Shown: one piece after another, positions 61,261 through 64,000 of the stretch
Layout: each line of letters opens with the position of its first letter
Position numbering within the stretch: position 1 is the stretch's first letter
Assembly: GCA_963555825.3 (NCBI GenBank)
Contig: CAUVXB020000002.1
Span: 928,001 to 992,000, forward strand
Source: Alphaproteobacteria bacterium
Lineage (GTDB): Bacteria; Pseudomonadota; Alphaproteobacteria; JAAXGF01
Length of the DNA stretch: 64,000 bases
Reading direction: 5' to 3'
The notes under the pieces: model-generated
Database searches by the model: none
Seen by the model: only the letters and a program-made list of their open reading frames with translations
What the model was told of the DNA's origin: nothing
Program-made: the position numbers and the translations under genes

Positions 61261-62752
61261 CGACTTTCTCTCCTCTGTACCGAGCCTCGCCGCGCGCATC
61301 GGCGGGCGCGTCCGCTTCGCTGCGCCACAGGTGCATCGCGGCATAGGCGCGCCACGGCCGCCAGGCCTCGGCGCTGGTCGACAATCCCTTGACACCGCCG
61401 GCGATACCGAGCCGGGCGGCGGCGCGCAGCAGCCCGAGATCGGTCGCCGGGAAGGCGTCGGGCTCGCCGCCCGCGCGCATGGCGATGTACTGCGCGGTCC
61501 AGGCGCCGATGCCGTCGAGCGCCGTCAGTTCACCGACCAGCCGATCGAGCCCAAGCGCGGCGTCGAAGCCGACGCGGCCGTCGCGGACCGCCCGCGCCAG
61601 GCCCTCGATCGCGCGCGCCCGCGCCTTGGGTATGCCGATCGCCGCCACGTCGGCCGCGGCGAGCGCCTCGGGCGTCGGGAACAGATGGCTCAGGCCATCG
61701 CCCGCGCCCGCGATCGCCTCACCGAACGCGGCGGCCAGGCGGCCGGCCAGTGTCGAGGCGCCCTTGACCGTGACCTGCTGGCCGAGGATCGCGCGCACGG
61801 CGAGCTCGAAACCGTCCCACGCGCCCGGCAGGCGCAGCCCCGGCCGGGCCGCGATGAGCGGCGCCAACGCGGCGTCGCGGCCCAGATGGCCGGCGATCTC
61901 GGCCGGGTCGGCGCCGAGGTCGAAGATGCGGCGCACGCGCTCGACGACGCGGATCAGGGCGCCCGGCTTGGAACAGGCGACGCGCAGCTCGAGCTGCGCC
62001 GTGCCGGGCACCGGGCGGACCTCGATGGCGCCCCGGGCGCCGTCGAGCGAGATCGTCCGGGCATAACAATCTGGCGTCACCCGTTCGACCCCCGGGATCG
62101 CACGCAGCGCCAGGAACGCGATGAGCGACGGCCAGTCATAGGGCGGCCGGAAGGCGAGCCGGAGCCGCATGCCGTCCGCCGTGTCACGACGCCGCGCGGT
62201 GCGCCGCAGAACTCCCGGCGCCCGGCCGTAGCAGGCGCGGAACACCGCATTGAAGCGCCGCACACTGCCGAAGCCCGCCGAGCCGGCCACCGCGGCCATC
62301 GCCATGTCGGTTTCGTCGATCAGCTTCTTGGCGAACAGCAGGCGCCGCGTCCCCGCGACCGCGCGTGGTGGCGCGCCGAGGTGGCGGTTGAACAGCCGCG
62401 CCAGGTGGCGCGCGCCGATGCCGAGGCGTTCCGCGAGCGCGTCGACGTCGCCGTCGTCGAGCGCTCCCGCCGCGATCAGGCGCAGCGCGCGCGACACCGT
62501 CGTCTGGGTACCGAGCCAGGCGGGCGTGCCGGGCGAGGCCTCGGGCCGGCAGCGCAGGCAGGGCCGAAAGCCGGCCTCCGCCGCCGCCGCGGCGCTCGGG
62601 AAATAGCGCACGTTCTTGGCGTGCGGCTGTCGCACCGGGCAGATCGGCCGGCAATAGACGCCGGTCGTCACGACGCCAGTATAGAAGCGGCCGTCGAAGC
62701 GCGCATCGCGCGCCAAGCGCGCCCGTTCGCAGATCGCATCGTTCAGTTCCAT
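61238..62752 (-). CDS. Ada Zn-binding/AraC-AlkA fusion (DNA-3-methyladenine glycosylase)
   Basis: GVYCRPIC, FRPCLRCRP, AraC HTH, ILGQQV, GIGAWTA, WRPWRAYA. Confidence 0.93.
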   Translation of the reverse strand: MELNDAICERARLARDARFDGRFYTGVVTTGVYCRPICPVRQPHAKNVRYFPSAAAAAEAGFRPCLRCRPEASPGTPAWLGTQTTVSRALRLIAAGALDDGDVDALAERLGIGARHLARLFNRHLGAPPRAVAGTRRLLFAKKLIDETDMAMAAVAGSAGFGSVRRFNAVFRACYGRAPGVLRRTARRRDTADGMRLRLAFRPPYDWPSLIAFLALRAIPGVERVTPDCYARTISLDGARGAIEVRPVPGTAQLELRVACSKPGALIRVVERVRRIFDLGADPAEIAGHLGRDAALAPLIAARPGLRLPGAWDGFELAVRAILGQQVTVKGASTLAGRLAAAFGEAIAGAGDGLSHLFPTPEALAAADVAAIGIPKARARAIEGLARAVRDGRVGFDAALGLDRLVGELTALDGIGAWTAQYIAMRAGGEPDAFPATDLGLLRAAARLGIAGGVKGLSTSAEAWRPWRAYAAMHLWRSEADAPADARGEARYRGEKVDVLHAYG

Positions 62753-62758
62753 GGCCCG

Positions 62759-62800
62759 AGGATAGCCCGTTCGGGCGCCGCCGTCTGGCCGTTTTCGGAC
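62759..62800 (-). promoter_or_regulatory. Putative leaderless promoter of ada-alkA with candidate Ada operator
   Basis: TATCCT 6 bp before ATG 62752; upstream gtccgaaaacggcca is at an activator-site distance (inference). Confidence 0.35.
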
Positions 62801-62804
62801 TCGG

Positions 62805-62939
62805 TTACGCGCGTTGTTCGTGGATCATCTTTACGCCGCAAAGATGATCTCCGCTCAATCGTCGCTCAGGCTCTCGCCGAACGGTCGGCGGCGCGCAGTC
62901 GCGCGCTGGCACAATCCGATCGATCGGATTGTGCGCGAG
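62805..62939 (-). repeat. Structured intergenic repeat family SR, copy 4 (no IS)
   Basis: cgctcaatcgtcgctcaggctctcgccgaacggtcggcggcgcgcagtcgcgcgctgg with both terminal hairpins. Confidence 0.85.
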
Positions 62940-62980
62940 GCGCTATGCTGGCGCCGGTGAACGGCTTGGAAATCGACGCC

Positions 62981-63484
62981 ATGACCACCTCGAACCGGCT
63001 CGAGCGGATGATCGACCGGCTGACCGCGCAACGCGACCTGCTGGCGCGGGCCATCGCGCTGGTCGGCGATCTGCCCGGTCCGGTGCTCGAGTTCGGCCTC
63101 GGCAAGGGACGGACCTACGACTTCCTGCGCGAGCGCCTGCCGGGGCGTGAGATCTTCGCCTTCGACTGCGACGTCCACTGCCCGCCCGACTGTGTGCCCG
63201 ACGGCGCGCATCTCCTGCTTGGCGAGTTCCGCGACACGGTGCCGGGCGCGCTGGCGCGCATCGGCGCGGCCGCCGCGCTCGCCCATTTCGACATCGGCAC
63301 CGAGGACCGCGCCGCCGACGCCCGGCTGGTCGCCTGGCTCGGCCCGGCCGCGGCGCCGCTGCTGCGGCCCGGCGGCGCGGTCGTCGCCGACCGCGAAATG
63401 CGCGTCGCGGGCTGGACGCCGGCGCCGCTTGACGCCACATTGGGCGACGGCCGACATTATCTTTACCGGGTCGACACGCCATGA
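62981..63484 (+). CDS. Class I SAM-dependent methyltransferase-like protein
   Basis: RLERMIDRLTAQR, VLEFGLGKGRTYD, HFDIG. Confidence 0.82.
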   Translation: MTTSNRLERMIDRLTAQRDLLARAIALVGDLPGPVLEFGLGKGRTYDFLRERLPGREIFAFDCDVHCPPDCVPDGAHLLLGEFRDTVPGALARIGAAAALAHFDIGTEDRAADARLVAWLGPAAAPLLRPGGAVVADREMRVAGWTPAPLDATLGDGRHYLYRVDTP

Positions 63485-63494
63485 GGCCTCACGC

Positions 63495-64000
63495 ATGACC
63501 ACCGACGCGCACGACCGCCACGACCGCGCCGCCGCAGCGATCGCCGCGGCACGCCTGGCGCACCGGCCAATTGAGCCCTTGCCCGATGCCATCCGGCCGG
63601 TCGACCTCGCCGCCGCGCATGCCGTCCAGGACGCGTTGCACGCCCGGCTCGCGGCGGCCGGCATGGGCGCGCGGGTCGGCTACAAGATCGGCTGCACGAC
63701 GGCGGTCATGCAGGAGCGTCTCGGCATCACGCACCCTTGCGATGGCGGCATCCTGGCGGCCAACGTCCACCGCGGGCCGGCCGAGCTGCGCCACGGCGAT
63801 CACATCCGGGTCGGCGTCGAATGCGAGATCGCGGTGCTGCTCGGCGCCGATCTCGCGCCCGAGGACGCGCCGTTCGGCCAAGCCAGCGTCGCCGACGCGG
63901 TCGAGGCCTGCATGGCGGCGATCGAGATCGTCGACAGCCGCTACGCGGACTTCCACACCCTCGGCGTCGAAACGCTGATCGCCGACGATTTCTTCGGCGC
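63495..64000 (+). CDS. 2-keto-4-pentenoate hydratase / FAH family protein (runs off window)
   Basis: Own translation from ATG 63495: GYKIGCT..MQ..LGI..P, VECEIA, IEIVDSRY, LIADD. Confidence 0.88.
   Translation, partial: MTTDAHDRHDRAAAAIAAARLAHRPIEPLPDAIRPVDLAAAHAVQDALHARLAAAGMGARVGYKIGCTTAVMQERLGITHPCDGGILAANVHRGPAELRHGDHIRVGVECEIAVLLGADLAPEDAPFGQASVADAVEACMAAIEIVDSRYADFHTLGVETLIADDFFG

Overview
GC-rich alphaproteobacterial (Rhodospirillales-like) chromosomal segment. The left half (1-32.3 kb) is conserved housekeeping backbone: ahcY, tsaE-amgK-murU-addB-addA-trxA, folC-accD, trpA-trpB-trpF-pyrF, ihfB-sppA-rpsA-cmk-aroA, a TIGR02300-type gene and tRNA-Ala(GGC). The right half is accessory: a carnitine/butyrobetaine-type CoA pathway, a partner-switching signalling module (LivK-like binding protein, sensor-PP2C-antisigma fusion, STAS), an aldehyde dehydrogenase, a sulfatase, an AT-rich island, a Rieske oxygenase alpha subunit lacking its Rieske cluster, and ada/alkA-ogt. 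There are 8 IS copies (two IS630 types with two copies each, two different IS256, one IS3-like, one IS1182-like) and several small non-coding repeat families. The most unusual signals are: (i) a four-copy ~140-bp structured repeat with conserved GNRA loops and covariation, one copy carrying a 20-bp tandem array in its loop; (ii) all four IS630 copies sit in or at the ends of such repeats, and the two copies of one IS630 type share a near-identical 13-bp one-sided target flank; (iii) three MITEs with unrelated TIRs but a shared core; (iv) a probably leaderless Cro/XRE HTH-glutamine synthetase fusion; (v) the Rieske-less oxygenase. Functional calls rest on motif recognition by eye; no searches were run.
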